Notes under the pieces: generated by a model | Seen by the model: the letters and a program-made list of their open reading frames with translations, nothing else | What the model was told of the DNA's origin: nothing | Databases searched by the model: none | Translations under genes and position numbers: made by a program | Source of the DNA: Fibrobacteria bacterium | Lineage (GTDB): Bacteria; Fibrobacterota; Chitinivibrionia; Chitinivibrionales; FEN-1185 | Reading direction: 5' to 3' | NCBI GenBank assembly: GCA_037447435.1 | Contig: JBBIGR010000002.1 | Span: forward strand, 32,001 to 96,000 | Length of the DNA stretch: 64,000 nucleotides | Shown here: positions 38,351 to 50,000 of the stretch, one piece after another | Position numbering within the stretch: the stretch's first letter is position 1 | How the letters are laid out: every line of letters starts with the position of its first letter

Positions 38351-40330
38351 ATGGTCCGAAAGTTCAGTTTGCTTATGTCAATTATCGCGCTTTGCGTCTT
38401 TGCCGTACAGGCGGCAACGTTAAGCGGCACGGTGAAAGTCGGCGACTCCACAGGAGCCGTTATCGCAAATGCGGTTGTCACGCTACGGGCGACCGGCGGC
38501 GGCGGGCAAACACTCGCCGATACGACGAACGCTTCGGGCGCATTCAGCTTTGCAAATGTTCCCGTCGGCACATACCGGCTTGTCGCGGCAAAGACCGGAT
38601 ACCTGGTAGCGAATTCAACAACAGTACAAATCACCGGCGCAACCGCTACCTATACGCAGAATTTGTTCCTTGTCGCAATCGGTCCGGCTGTTTTGGGAAA
38701 AATCACCGGTACCGTCATGGATTCCGTTGCCGGCACGGCGGCAACTCCCTTAAGCGGCGCCAAGGTAATCCTTAGTTCGGGTTTCGGCGCGACCGCGACA
38801 AGAGACACTGCCACGACGGCGGCTAATGGTACCTATACTTTTGATAGTGTCGCTCTCGGCACGTATACCCTTACGGCATCTGCCGCAAACCATTCCGGCC
38901 AAACCGCGACAACGACCATCATCAATGCAACAGCCCGCGTTGTAAACTTTAAATTGATCGGTGTTCAAACGGCATCCATCACCGGCACGGTTACCGACTC
39001 GGCCACTACAACAGCCATAGTCGGCGCAAAAGTGTATGTGCTTACGCGCGGCGGCGTCGCGACAATCGTTGATTCCGCCGTCACCGCAGCGGGCGGCGCA
39101 TTCACCTTCAGCGTCCCGAGCAACACAAATTATACGGTCCGTGCAAGCGCAAGTGCTTACGTTACAAGCAATATGAACGTGACGCTTACCGGAACAACCG
39201 GCCAAGCTTTAACGTTCAAACTTGTCAAAATAGCAATGGCGTCGATTACCGGGACCGTTACCGATTCTACGGCTTCGGGCGTTGCCCCGGTGGCTAATGC
39301 AAAAGTCTATCTGCGCACGACCGGGGGGACCATACTCGATTCGGCTACCACGCCCGCAGCAGGGACCTATACTTTTACTAATGTTCCGAGCGGCGTTTCT
39401 TACACGGTACGTGCAACTGCCGCCGGATACGTGACCGGCAACATTAATGTCAATGTGACCGGCACGTCCGCGGTTACGGTCAACATCCGACTTGTCAAGA
39501 CTCCGTCGGCCAATCTGTTTGTTCTGGTGAAAAAATCAAGCGATAGCACGGCGATCGCCGGCGCATCCGTAACTGTAAGCGGCACAACGGTATTGAATGC
39601 AACGACCCCGGCAAGCGGCTTGGTCGCTTTCACGGGTATCGGCATCGGCAATTACACAATCACGATTTCCGCCGCTAATTTTACCGCCCGCAGCGTTACA
39701 ACGGCCCTGACCGCAAACGCAGTCGACACGGTAAAAATTTATCTGACAGCCGCAGCAGGTGGAACAAAAGTACTCAAAGGAACCGTCGTGGATTCATCGT
39801 CGGCATCAAAGGCTCCTCTTGCCCATGTCGCCGTTATCCTTACCATCCAAGGCGCAGGCATCGGCGGAGGCACTTTGACGCTTATCGATTCCACCGACGC
39901 AACCGGCGCCTATAGCATCGCCGGCATCCCGTCGACACGGACTGGCGGCACGATAACCGCAACCCTGAGCGGCTATCGCGTCTATACCAACAATGCATTG
40001 ACGCTTGGCCAGGTCAACCTCGCCGACACGACGACATTCCGTATCGCGCTTCTCCCTGTCGCGTCATCGGTCAATAGCCCGGTTGCGATGGAAAACCCGG
40101 TTGCCCGCGGATTCACCATGACCCCCGGAATGCTTCGGTTAAGCAACTTGCGCGACGCCGGAGCGGTCAGGGTCTTTTCCGTAAACGGACAATTGCTGTT
40201 TAACAGCAAAATAGCCCCGAACACGTCGATTGTCGCAATCCCCGGCAATCTTGTAAAATCCGGAAGTGTGTACGTTGTCAGCGTTTCTCAGACAAATGCG
40301 GTGTATCGCAAACAGGTATTTGTCCCATAA
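38351..40330 (+). CDS. Secreted Thr/Ala/Gly-rich protein with about six tandem carboxypeptidase-regulatory-like beta-sandwich domains and a C-terminal sorting-type domain
   Basis: Repeats ITGTVTDS..GAKV..T..G.YTF..VP.G.Y; signal peptide from ATG 38351 behind GAGGAGG. Confidence 0.85.
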   Translation: MVRKFSLLMSIIALCVFAVQAATLSGTVKVGDSTGAVIANAVVTLRATGGGGQTLADTTNASGAFSFANVPVGTYRLVAAKTGYLVANSTTVQITGATATYTQNLFLVAIGPAVLGKITGTVMDSVAGTAATPLSGAKVILSSGFGATATRDTATTAANGTYTFDSVALGTYTLTASAANHSGQTATTTIINATARVVNFKLIGVQTASITGTVTDSATTTAIVGAKVYVLTRGGVATIVDSAVTAAGGAFTFSVPSNTNYTVRASASAYVTSNMNVTLTGTTGQALTFKLVKIAMASITGTVTDSTASGVAPVANAKVYLRTTGGTILDSATTPAAGTYTFTNVPSGVSYTVRATAAGYVTGNINVNVTGTSAVTVNIRLVKTPSANLFVLVKKSSDSTAIAGASVTVSGTTVLNATTPASGLVAFTGIGIGNYTITISAANFTARSVTTALTANAVDTVKIYLTAAAGGTKVLKGTVVDSSSASKAPLAHVAVILTIQGAGIGGGTLTLIDSTDATGAYSIAGIPSTRTGGTITATLSGYRVYTNNALTLGQVNLADTTTFRIALLPVASSVNSPVAMENPVARGFTMTPGMLRLSNLRDAGAVRVFSVNGQLLFNSKIAPNTSIVAIPGNLVKSGSVYVVSVSQTNAVYRKQVFVP

Positions 40331-40358
40331 AAATGGCGTAGTGTTTCTGTCCGGTATG

Positions 40359-40395
40359 CGCCCCGCTCTCTTCTACAAAGGAAGCGGGGCGTTTT
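40359..40395 (+). terminator. Rho-independent terminator
   Basis: CGCCCCGCT...AGCGGGGCG-TTTT. Confidence 0.7.
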
Positions 40396-40430
40396 ACTAT
40401 GCGCTCGAACATAAGCTGCAGGCTGCGCCC

Positions 40431-40584
40431 GTAGACCATTAACAAGAATAAAGCATCTGATTTAAATAGCACAAAACCATTTAACACGCTGATAATTATG
40501 AAATTAACTTTTTTATTCCGTAGTACATATGGTCTACATTTTTTTACATTTTTGTTATCGTTTTAATCTCTTTCGCGGTATATT
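40431..40584 (+). promoter_or_regulatory. Conserved promoter module, copy 2
   Basis: GTAGACCA 40431; IHF box TAACACGCTGATA 40482; GTAGTAC-ATAT-GGTCTAC 40520; TATATT 40579. Confidence 0.75.
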
Positions 40585-40616
40585 ATATGTATAGTACAAC
40601 AGAGGAACCTTAATTC

Positions 40617-41447
40617 ATGATAAACATTTTCGATTATTACGATTACCAAAAATTCCTACGGGCTTACTACGAGAATAAAAAGGCCGTGGATCCGAATTTT
40701 TCCTATCGCTTCATTCAACAGCGCGTCGGAATAGACCCGGGCTATCTGCTTAAGGTTTTCCAGGGTAAAAAAGATCTTACCGATCGTTTTGTCCCCAAGT
40801 TCACCGCGCTGCTCAAGCTTTCTAAGAGAGAAAGCGAATATTTTTCTCTCATGGTCAGGTTCGGAAGGGCAAAAAAGAACGTCGACATCAAACGCCATTT
40901 CGAACATATGCTTTCTTTTGTCGAATTCAGCAGCAATAAAGTCGATGCCGACAAATACGAATTTTATCAAAAATGGTATTATACCGCGGTACGCGAACTC
41001 ATCGGCATCATCCGTTTTTCCGACGATTACGACGAACTCGCCCGTATGGTGGAGCCGGCAATCAGGGCGCCGGAAGCAAAAAAGGCGATAGAACTTTTAG
41101 TCAGACTCGGGTTCATCCAGAAAAACAAGGACGGCATTTACGAAGTGACGTCCCGGTTCATCACCACCGGGGAAGAATGGCGTTCAATAGCCATTCGGAC
41201 GTTCCAAAAAGAGGCGCTCGGTCTTGCCCAGAACGCACTGGACTCCATTGCAAAAGACCAACGCGACATTTCCACGCTGACCATGAGCCTGTCGGCCGAC
41301 GGTTTTTTAAAGGTTCGCGAATGCCTCGCAAAATGCCGCAAGGAAATGCTGGATATCGCCCATAAAGACCTGGACGTGTCCCGGTCTTATCATGTCAATT
41401 TTTCCCTGTTTCCGATAACGAAACAAAACCCGGAGGTGGCCAAATGA
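40617..41447 (+). CDS. TIGR02147 family protein (putative DNA-binding regulator)
   Basis: IFDYYDYQKFL..FSYRF, YEFYQKWYYTAVRELI, RDISTLT, VNFSLFP; 276 aa. Confidence 0.85.
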   Translation: MINIFDYYDYQKFLRAYYENKKAVDPNFSYRFIQQRVGIDPGYLLKVFQGKKDLTDRFVPKFTALLKLSKRESEYFSLMVRFGRAKKNVDIKRHFEHMLSFVEFSSNKVDADKYEFYQKWYYTAVRELIGIIRFSDDYDELARMVEPAIRAPEAKKAIELLVRLGFIQKNKDGIYEVTSRFITTGEEWRSIAIRTFQKEALGLAQNALDSIAKDQRDISTLTMSLSADGFLKVRECLAKCRKEMLDIAHKDLDVSRSYHVNFSLFPITKQNPEVAK

Positions 41448-42718
41448 AAACCGCCTCTGGAATTATTTGCTTCGTTTCTTTGCTTTTGGGAACCGTGTTT
41501 TTCCAATGCTCGAGAACCACCGTCGTGGGCGGCCCCGGGACAGGCTCCGAAACGACCAACGGGATAACGGCAAAAGCGGAATATCCCAGCGGGCAACCCG
41601 CATCATTCGCTTCGGTGTTTTTAAAACCGAAGAATTTCCTGCCCGACACTGCAGGTTCCGACACGTCAAGCATTCCCGACGCCACGACCGACTCGGCGGG
41701 GACGTTTGTCATCGACTCTGTTGACACCGGCGAATATACCGTTGAAATAAACGACAAAAAGGCGAATGCGGTCATTTTTACCGTTAAAAAGGACTCGGTT
41801 TCGAAAAAGCCGGTCGATTTCGGAAAACAAGTGCTGCAGCCGACGTCCACGCTCAGCGGCCACATAGACCGCAGCAACTTTCCGCTCTCGGTTTCGGTGT
41901 ATGTCCAGATTTACGGAATGAACAAAACGACGACCGTGGATAAAAACGGAGCATTCTCCTTTTCCGATATCCCCGGCGGAATCCGGGAATTACGGATAAT
42001 CGCCAGCGACAAATCGCTGGGTACCATAGACCACGATTCTATCGTCGTTAGCCCGGGATTCAACCATGACCTCGGTAATTTCCAATTACCCGTCAACTTC
42101 TGGCAAGACACGCTCATCGTCCGTGCGATTCTGGATTCCAACGGTCTGGCAAATGTCCCCGTATCCAAAGTCTCTTCCCTGCGGGACGGAAGGATTTTCC
42201 AACTCGATTTGAGCCATCGCGGGCTTAAACGGTTGCCGCAGCAAATCGGTCAATTACGCATCACGCATTTATACCTCGACAGCAATTCGCTTGAATCGTT
42301 ACCGAGCGAAATCGGATCCATCGCGTCGCTGGTGACGCTCCACGCATCCGCCAATCGCCTTGGAACCATCCCTGCCGCAATAGGCAACCTCAAGGGCCTG
42401 CAGCATCTTGACTTAAGCAACAACCTGATCGATTCTCTCCCCGTATCGGTAAGCGGACTGGTTTCCCTTGTCGATCTGTGGCTGCAAAATAATGCGTTGA
42501 CCGTATTGCCGGAATCGTTGGGAAATCTCGGCCAATTGCGCATGCTCAATCTTGAGACCAACAAAATCGCATCATTGCCTTTGTCAATAACACGATTGCA
42601 CAGCCTTGCGTTTCTTTCCGTATTGCATAACCGGCTCGCAACGGTGCCGCCATCCGTTGCGAGTTGGCTCGATATGTATTCCACCGAAAAGGAATGGAGA
42701 GTATCGCAATTGCAATAA
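41444..42718 (+). CDS. Lipoprotein with beta-sandwich domains and C-terminal leucine-rich repeats
   Basis: Signal ending FFQ-C, GTGSETTNG, 23-aa LRRs (L.L..N.L..LP..IG.L); ATGA overlap with TIGR02147 gene. Confidence 0.85.
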   Translation: MKTASGIICFVSLLLGTVFFQCSRTTVVGGPGTGSETTNGITAKAEYPSGQPASFASVFLKPKNFLPDTAGSDTSSIPDATTDSAGTFVIDSVDTGEYTVEINDKKANAVIFTVKKDSVSKKPVDFGKQVLQPTSTLSGHIDRSNFPLSVSVYVQIYGMNKTTTVDKNGAFSFSDIPGGIRELRIIASDKSLGTIDHDSIVVSPGFNHDLGNFQLPVNFWQDTLIVRAILDSNGLANVPVSKVSSLRDGRIFQLDLSHRGLKRLPQQIGQLRITHLYLDSNSLESLPSEIGSIASLVTLHASANRLGTIPAAIGNLKGLQHLDLSNNLIDSLPVSVSGLVSLVDLWLQNNALTVLPESLGNLGQLRMLNLETNKIASLPLSITRLHSLAFLSVLHNRLATVPPSVASWLDMYSTEKEWRVSQLQ

Positions 42719-42802
42719 GGTCTGCTTTTAGGGTCTGCTTATGCGACAGGGTCGTACGGAAACGAATGTCGCTTCACAAGTATCGTCGGTGAGGTACTTG
42801 CG

Positions 42803-42842
42803 AAAACCCCGCTCCCCGTCTCTACCGGGAACGGGGTTTTTT
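42803..42842 (+). terminator. Rho-independent terminator
   Basis: AAAACCCCGCTCCC...GGGAACGGGGTTTTTT. Confidence 0.75.
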
Positions 42843-42877
42843 ATTTGCCGCCATCCGTTGTGAGTTATTTTAACGTC

Positions 42878-43978
42878 ATGGAACTTTCCAAAATCGTCAT
42901 CGGGACCATGCGCTTTCGCAATAAGAAAAGCGCGATATCGATCATTAAAAAGGCAATCGATTGCGGGTTCAACTATATCGACACGTCTCCCGCGTATTGT
43001 TACAAATCGGAAAACGAAAATTCCGAGGCCTGGGTCGGCGAGGCCCTGTTGGACGCCGGCTATCGAAACAGGGTCCTTGTTTCATCCAAGTGTTCGCCCG
43101 GAAACGGCGGCCTCGGATTTTGCCCGTTCAACCGGTCAAAAGGACTGGGCGTTGAGAAACAAGAACAATTCGACTCGGTGTTCGACCAGACGTTGCAGCG
43201 GATGAAACTGGAAACGCTGGATTATTATCATCTGTGGACAACGCATACCATGGAACAATTCGACCGGGCGATGCGGCCCCGTCATTGGTACGACGCCGCG
43301 ATGCGCCACAGGGCACTCGGACATTTTTCACAACTCGGGCTTACGACGCACGCCGATGCCGCCACGGTCATTTCGTTTTTAAAAACCGGGAAATTCTCTA
43401 CTGTCACCATTCCCTTCAACGTGCTCAACCGAGCGCAGCTTCCCCTCGTCGACTATTGCGAAAAAAACAATATCAGGGTCATTGCAATGAACCCGCTGGC
43501 CGGCGGACTCCTGGCCGCCAACGCCCGTTTAAAGGAATTGGCGTTCCGCTATCTCCTGTCATTTCCGACGCTGCACATTCTGGTGGGGTTCACCACGCTT
43601 CCCCAGGTCGATTATGCGAAACGGATGCTCGATACCGCGCCGCAGTACAAAAAATCAAGAGACCAAATTCTTTCAATCGTCGATTCGGTCATCGATTCGA
43701 ACGAAACGCGTTGCACCGGTTGCGGGTATTGCCTGCCGTGCCCCAACAACATCAATGTCGGCGCCTGCCTCGCCTATTACAATCTTTACAAATACATGAA
43801 ACTGCCCGAGGCAAAAAAAACATTTACCGATAAGCAGTGGGACGACGGGCTGCGGCTCGATCGCTGCTCTTTTTGCGGAACATGCACCGTCAAATGTCCC
43901 AACCAATTGCCGCTTCGTTCGATAATCAAAGACGCCCAATCCGCTTTGTACGCGAATCAGGCGAAAAAAATCCGATAA
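42878..43978 (+). CDS. Aldo/keto reductase with C-terminal 4Fe-4S dicluster domain
   Basis: GTMRF, GFNYIDTSPAY, MNPLAGG, CTGCGYCLPCP, CSFCGTCTVKCP. Confidence 0.9.
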   Translation: MELSKIVIGTMRFRNKKSAISIIKKAIDCGFNYIDTSPAYCYKSENENSEAWVGEALLDAGYRNRVLVSSKCSPGNGGLGFCPFNRSKGLGVEKQEQFDSVFDQTLQRMKLETLDYYHLWTTHTMEQFDRAMRPRHWYDAAMRHRALGHFSQLGLTTHADAATVISFLKTGKFSTVTIPFNVLNRAQLPLVDYCEKNNIRVIAMNPLAGGLLAANARLKELAFRYLLSFPTLHILVGFTTLPQVDYAKRMLDTAPQYKKSRDQILSIVDSVIDSNETRCTGCGYCLPCPNNINVGACLAYYNLYKYMKLPEAKKTFTDKQWDDGLRLDRCSFCGTCTVKCPNQLPLRSIIKDAQSALYANQAKKIR

Positions 43979-44093
43979 ACAGTTGACTTGATGTTCTGGA
44001 TTTGCTTATACTTCTATATTATTGTATTGGTTCATTTTGCCCTCGAATTTAATTTGTTCCATATTGCCAAACTATCGCAGAAGGAGTCTTGTT

Positions 44094-47000
44094 ATGCGCA
44101 GGGACTGTTTTAAAACGTTCTTTTTTGCTTCCGCCGTGTTCGTCTGCTGGCTTTGCTCCCCGGTTTTTTCCGACGAAGCATTCGACAAATTGATGGATGC
44201 TAAAAATTATTCGGAAGCGATCAACTATGCCGACAAGAAAATCCCGACCACCAACCGCGAAGCCGCAGTATGGGTAAAACTCGGCGTGGCCAACCTCGAA
44301 CTCGGGCTTGCCGAAAAAGCGCTCGCCTGTTATCTGGTTGCTAACCGGATGGACGCAAAAAACTACGATGCATTGCTGGGAAGCGCGAAAGTATATAATT
44401 CCCTTTCGCAACCTGCCAATGCCGCCGCAGCAGCCAAAAAGGCGCTCGACCAAAACTTCACTCCCGAGGCAAGCTGGGAATACGCCCGTGCGTGCATTGC
44501 GCTGAACAAACCGGCCGACGCAAAAAAGGCATTGGAAAAAGTGGCCGAATCCGACCCCAACAATTCGGCCGCAGTCAAAGAACTCGGGCTAATTTACTTT
44601 AACGAAAAAAACTACGCAAAAGCGGTCGACCTTCTTAAAATAGCCAATGTCAAGCAGCCCGATCCCGCGCTCACGCTAAAAATCGGTCTGGCCTACAAGG
44701 AATCCAACGGTCCCGATTCGGCACTTGTCTATCTTAAGGCCGCAAAAGACAAAAAGCCGACCGCTCCCGAAGCGGCATTCGAACTGGCCAAAATTTATTT
44801 CAATACGCAGCAATTCGACAAGGCTGCGGCCGAATTCGAAGACGCATCCGCCAAGATCCAACTCGGTGCGTTCGACTTCTGGGCATGGGGAACATCCTTG
44901 TCAAAAACAAACGGCAATGCCGATAAGATCGTCAAGATATTCCAACAGTCGCTCGATAAGTTCGGCGCATCTAAAAGCAAGGAAGCCCTCGAGGCGCATG
45001 CGGCGGTCGGCACTTATTATCTCGACAAGAAAAACTATCAGGCCGCAGTTTCGCATTTCCAGGCCATTTATGCGGCCGACAGTACAGGCAAGCTCGTGCC
45101 CGACATCAATTTTTCCCTCGCCCTTTGCAGTCAAGGGCTCGATTTGCCCAAAAAAGCCATTGCCCAATTGGAACGCGAGCTTGTCGTAAACAGCGGGAAC
45201 GTCGGCGCCTACGCGATGCTCGGCGACTTGTACGAAAAAGCCGGGCTCGCCGAAAAGGCGAAGGCCGTGTACGAAAAAATGCTCTCGCTCAACCCCAATA
45301 ATCCCAAGATACAAATGGCGCTCGGCGACTATTATCTAAAAGCAAAAAAGCACCAGGAAGCGCTGAAATATTACCAAAAAAGCTACACGCTGGAACGAAG
45401 CGCGCTTGCGGCACAGGGAATGGCGGTCTGCGCCTTTGCGCTCGAACAGCCCGACATGGCGCGCGATGCGGCCGAGAGCGCCTTGCATCTCGATGCCAAT
45501 TTGTGGGAACCCCATGTTGTTTTGTCCAAAATTTACTTAAAAGATAAAAACTTCAAAGACGCCAAAGACCAATTCGAATTCATGGTTAAGAAACAACCGA
45601 ATTCGAAGGAATACTGGCTGCAGCTTGCGGTATGTTACGAACAGCTCAACGACCCGGTCCGGTTGGCCGACATCGATAAAAAAATCATTGCGCTCGACCC
45701 GAAAAACATCGCGTCCCGTACCAGACTTGCCCGTTTTACGTTGTCAATGGGCGATACGAAAGCTGCGATCGAACAATATAAGGAACTTGCCGCTATCGCG
45801 CCCAAAGACGCCGAAGTGTTCAAGAACCTCTACGACTTGTCTGTCAAGAACAATGCTATGACGGAGGCCGCGCAGTATTTGCGTTCCTACGTACTTCTCA
45901 AACCGACCGACGCAAGCGCCCAGAAATCGCTCGGCGACATGCTGTACGACAAAAAAGACAATGCCGGCGCATTGTCCGCGTACCGCGCGGCGGTCAAGGC
46001 CGATCCTGCGATAAAAGGCGTTTACAAAAAGTATATCGAATTGCTCGGTACCGGCGCGGAACCCACGGAATTCGCAAGTGCGCTCAACGGCGCAATCGCA
46101 ACGAGTGAAGCCGATGCGCAAACCTATGCGATGCTCGGCACTATTTTTCTCAAACAGGGACAATGCCCCAAAGCCATAGAAATGTTCCAGAAATCAATTC
46201 AGCTCGATCCGCATAACACGAACGTCCTTACGATGCTCGCCCAATGCCAGGCTAAAACCGGCAACGCGAACGAGGCGATCATTTCGTACGAACAAGCGCT
46301 GGCAATGAACGACAAGGCGGTTGAAGAACTCAAAGCGCTCGGCGATTTATACCAGCAACAATCCAAGACGTCTCAAGCCGTGGCTTCGTATAAGAAATAC
46401 CTGGCAAAAGTTCCGGCAAATTCGAAAATCGCAAAAATCATTGCCGATTACGAATACGGTCAGAAAAATTATACCGAGGCGAATGTTTACTTTGCCAAGG
46501 TTACCGGCGAAACCGCGAAATCAGCGGACATGCTTTTCAAATACGGCCAATCGTGCTATTTGGCAAAAGATTTCAAAAAGGCCAAAGAACTGTATCTGCA
46601 GCTTGCTGCGGTTACCCCGAAAAATGCCGACGTGTTTAAAACGTTGTTCGACATTGTTTCCAAAGACAGCACGGCGAAAACGGAAGCAGTGTCGTATATG
46701 CAAAAGTACGTGGCATTAAAACCCGCCGACGCGTCTGCGCAAAAAGACCTCGGCGACATGCAGTACGACCTTAAAAACAACCTCGCCGCCCTGAGCGCTT
46801 ACCGTGCGGCGCTTGCCGCCGACCCCGCCATAAAGGGTGTTTACAAGAGATACGTCGAGCTCGTCGTGCTCAAGGGCACTTCCGAGGAACTGGTCAAAGC
46901 GCTTACCGGTGCGATCAGCGCCCAGGAAGCCGACGCCGCCATGTACGGGTCCCTCGGTGCCGTATACCAAAAACAGGGTAATTGCGCAAAAGCAATAGAC

Positions 47001-50000
47001 ATGTACCAAAAGGCGATCCAGCTCGACCCGCGAAATACCGCAGTGGTGTCGAGCCTTGCCCAGTGCCAGGCAAAGACCGGCGCGACCAGCGATGCCGTGG
47101 TATCGTACGAGCAGGCCATCGCCTTAAACGACAAGGCCGTCGACGAGCTCAAGGAACTCGGCGAATTATACATTGCCCAGAAAAAAACCGCCCAGGCGGT
47201 GACGATGTTTAAAAAGTACGTCGCGAAAAAACCGTCTGACGTTCGCGTCGCCAAATTTATCGCAGACAACGAATTTTCCCAGAAAAACTATGATGAGGCG
47301 ATCAAATATTACGCAATGGTCACCGGTACTGCGGCGAATTCCGCCGAGTTCCTTTCCAAATACGGCCAATCGTGCTACTTTGTAAAAAACTATAAAAAAG
47401 CAAAAGAACTGTTCGTCCAGCTCGCGACGATTTCGCCGAAAAATGCCGACGTATTTAAAACGTTATACGACATTGCGGAAAAAGATCCCGCAACAAAAGC
47501 CGAATCGCAAACCTATTTGCAGAAATATGTTTCCCTCAATCCGGGTGATGCGTCTGCGCAAAAAGACCTCGGCGACATGCAGTACGATGCAAAGAACCAA
47601 AGTGGCGCCCTTGCGGCGTACCGTGCGGCGATAGAGGCCGACCCGTCGATCAAAGGGATATACAAACGCTATGTCGAATTGGTAATGGCAAAAGGAACGT
47701 CCGAAGAACTTGTCAAGGCGCTTACGGGAGCCATCAAGGCGTCGGAAGCCGATGCCGCGATGTTCGCCTCGCTCGGCGCAGTATACCAAAAGCAACTTGC
47801 CTGGGCAAAAGCCGTGGACATGTATCAAAAAGCAATGCAGGCCGACCCGCGCAACGTTTCCGTTTTGTCGTCGCTTGCGAAATGCCAGGCAAAATCGGGC
47901 AATATCAACGATGCCGTTGTTTCCTATGAACAGGTCGTTGCCATGAATCCTGCGGCAATCGAAGAATCGCAGGAACTCGGCGACCTGTACGCAAAACAGG
48001 GCAAAATGAGTCAGGCAATGGCGATGTACAAAAAATGCCTGGAGAAAAAGCCCGGCGACTATCGTACAGCCAAAGCGGTCGGCGATTTTTCCTATACGCA
48101 GAAGAACTATGATGACGCAATCAAATACTATTCGATGGTTTCCGGGCCCGAAACCAAAAACGCCGATTTCTTGTTCAAATTCGGGCAGTCGTGCTATTTT
48201 TCCAAAAATTACAAAAAAGCGGCGGAGTTGCTCAATCAACTCTCGGCGCTTACGCCGGCAAACGCGGAAATTTACAAAACATTATATGATATCGCCGTTA
48301 AAAACAACGGTACGAAAACCGAACAAATTGCCTATCTCAAGAAATACGTCGCCGTAAAACCCGGTGATGCGCAAATGCAAAAAACCCTGGGCGATTTGCA
48401 GTTCGAGCAAAAAAATTCGGCAGCGGCGATTGCCGCATATAAAGCGGCGATCGCCGCCGATCCCGCGATCAAAGGCTTTTACAAAAACTATGTCGAACTC
48501 GTTTCCGCAAACGGGCTTCCCGAAGATATTGTCAAGGCCATGAAGGGTGCCGTCAATGCGGGCGAAGCGGATGCCGCAATGTACGAAGCGATCGGCGGGC
48601 TCGAACAAAAAGCCGGCGCGTACGCAAAAGCGATGGACTATTATCAAAAGTCTATGCAGCTCGACCCGCGTAACGTCAAGGTCCTTTCGAGCCTCGCGCA
48701 ATGCCAGGCCAAAACCGGCAATGTAAACGACGCGGTCATTTCCTATGAACAGGCGGTTGCGATGAATGCCGATGCGATAGAAGAATACCGCATACTCGGC
48801 GAATTGTACCAGCAGCAGAAAAAGCAGTCGCAATCCATAGCGATGTATAAAAAATATTTGGAAAAACGTCCTTCGAATTATACCGTCGCTTTGGCTGTCG
48901 GCGATTTTGCATACGGCCAAAAAAACTATGAAGATGCGGCCAAATATTATGCCATGGTCGGCGGCGAAATTTCGCGTAAAGCCCCGTTCCTGTTCAAATA
49001 TGCACAATCGTGTTATAACGCGAAAAACAACAAGAAAGCCGTTGAAGTATTGTCTCAACTGGCAACGCTTACGCCGCTTAATGCCGAAGTCTTTAAAATG
49101 CTGTACGACATAACCGTTGCGGATCCGACGACTAAAAAAGACGCCAGCGGGTACCTTAAGAAATATGTAAAGCTCAGTCCTACCGATGCCGCAGCCCAAA
49201 AGAATCTCGGCGATTTGTTGTTCGAAGAAAAAAATACGGTCGGCGCGCTTGCGGCATACAAGGCAGCGCTTACTGCCGATCCCTCTCTCAAGGGTTTTTA
49301 CAAACGATATGTTGAACTGGTTACGACGCAAGGTAATGCCGAGGAAACGGTCAAGGCGTTAAAAGGAGCCATATCCGCAGGCGAAGCCGATGCCCCGATG
49401 TACTTCAATCTCGGCAGCGTCTATCAGAAAGCGGCAAATTATTCAAAAGCGATAGAGATGTTTACAAAAGCGTTGCAGCTCGATGCGCAAAACATGAAAG
49501 CATTGTCTGCGCTTGCTTTGTGTCAGGCAAAATCGGGAAATGTGAAGGAAGCGACAATCACCTATGAACAGGTGGTCGCGCTCGATCCGAATAACGTCTC
49601 GGAACTTCGCGCGCTTGCCGATTTATACCTTCGGCAAAACAAAAACGACCAGGCTATGGGCATGTATAAAAAATGCCTTGAAAAGAACCCGGGCGATTTC
49701 AAGACCGCTATTGCGGTCGGCGACTATTCCTTAAAAATCAAGGATTATGACGCCGCGGTGAAATATTATGCCATGGTCGGCGGTGCCGACGCGAAAACGT
49801 CGGCGTTTTTGCTGAATTACGGCGAAGCGTGCTACAAGAGCAAGACCTGTTCCAAGTCCGTCGATATTTACAAAGAATTATTGGTCCTGACCCCGACCAA
49901 CGCCACGGTCGTTAAAACATTGTACGACATTGCGGTCAAGGCAAATAACACTGCCGACGAGATTGTTTACTTAAAGAAATATGTCGCCCTGAAACCCGGC

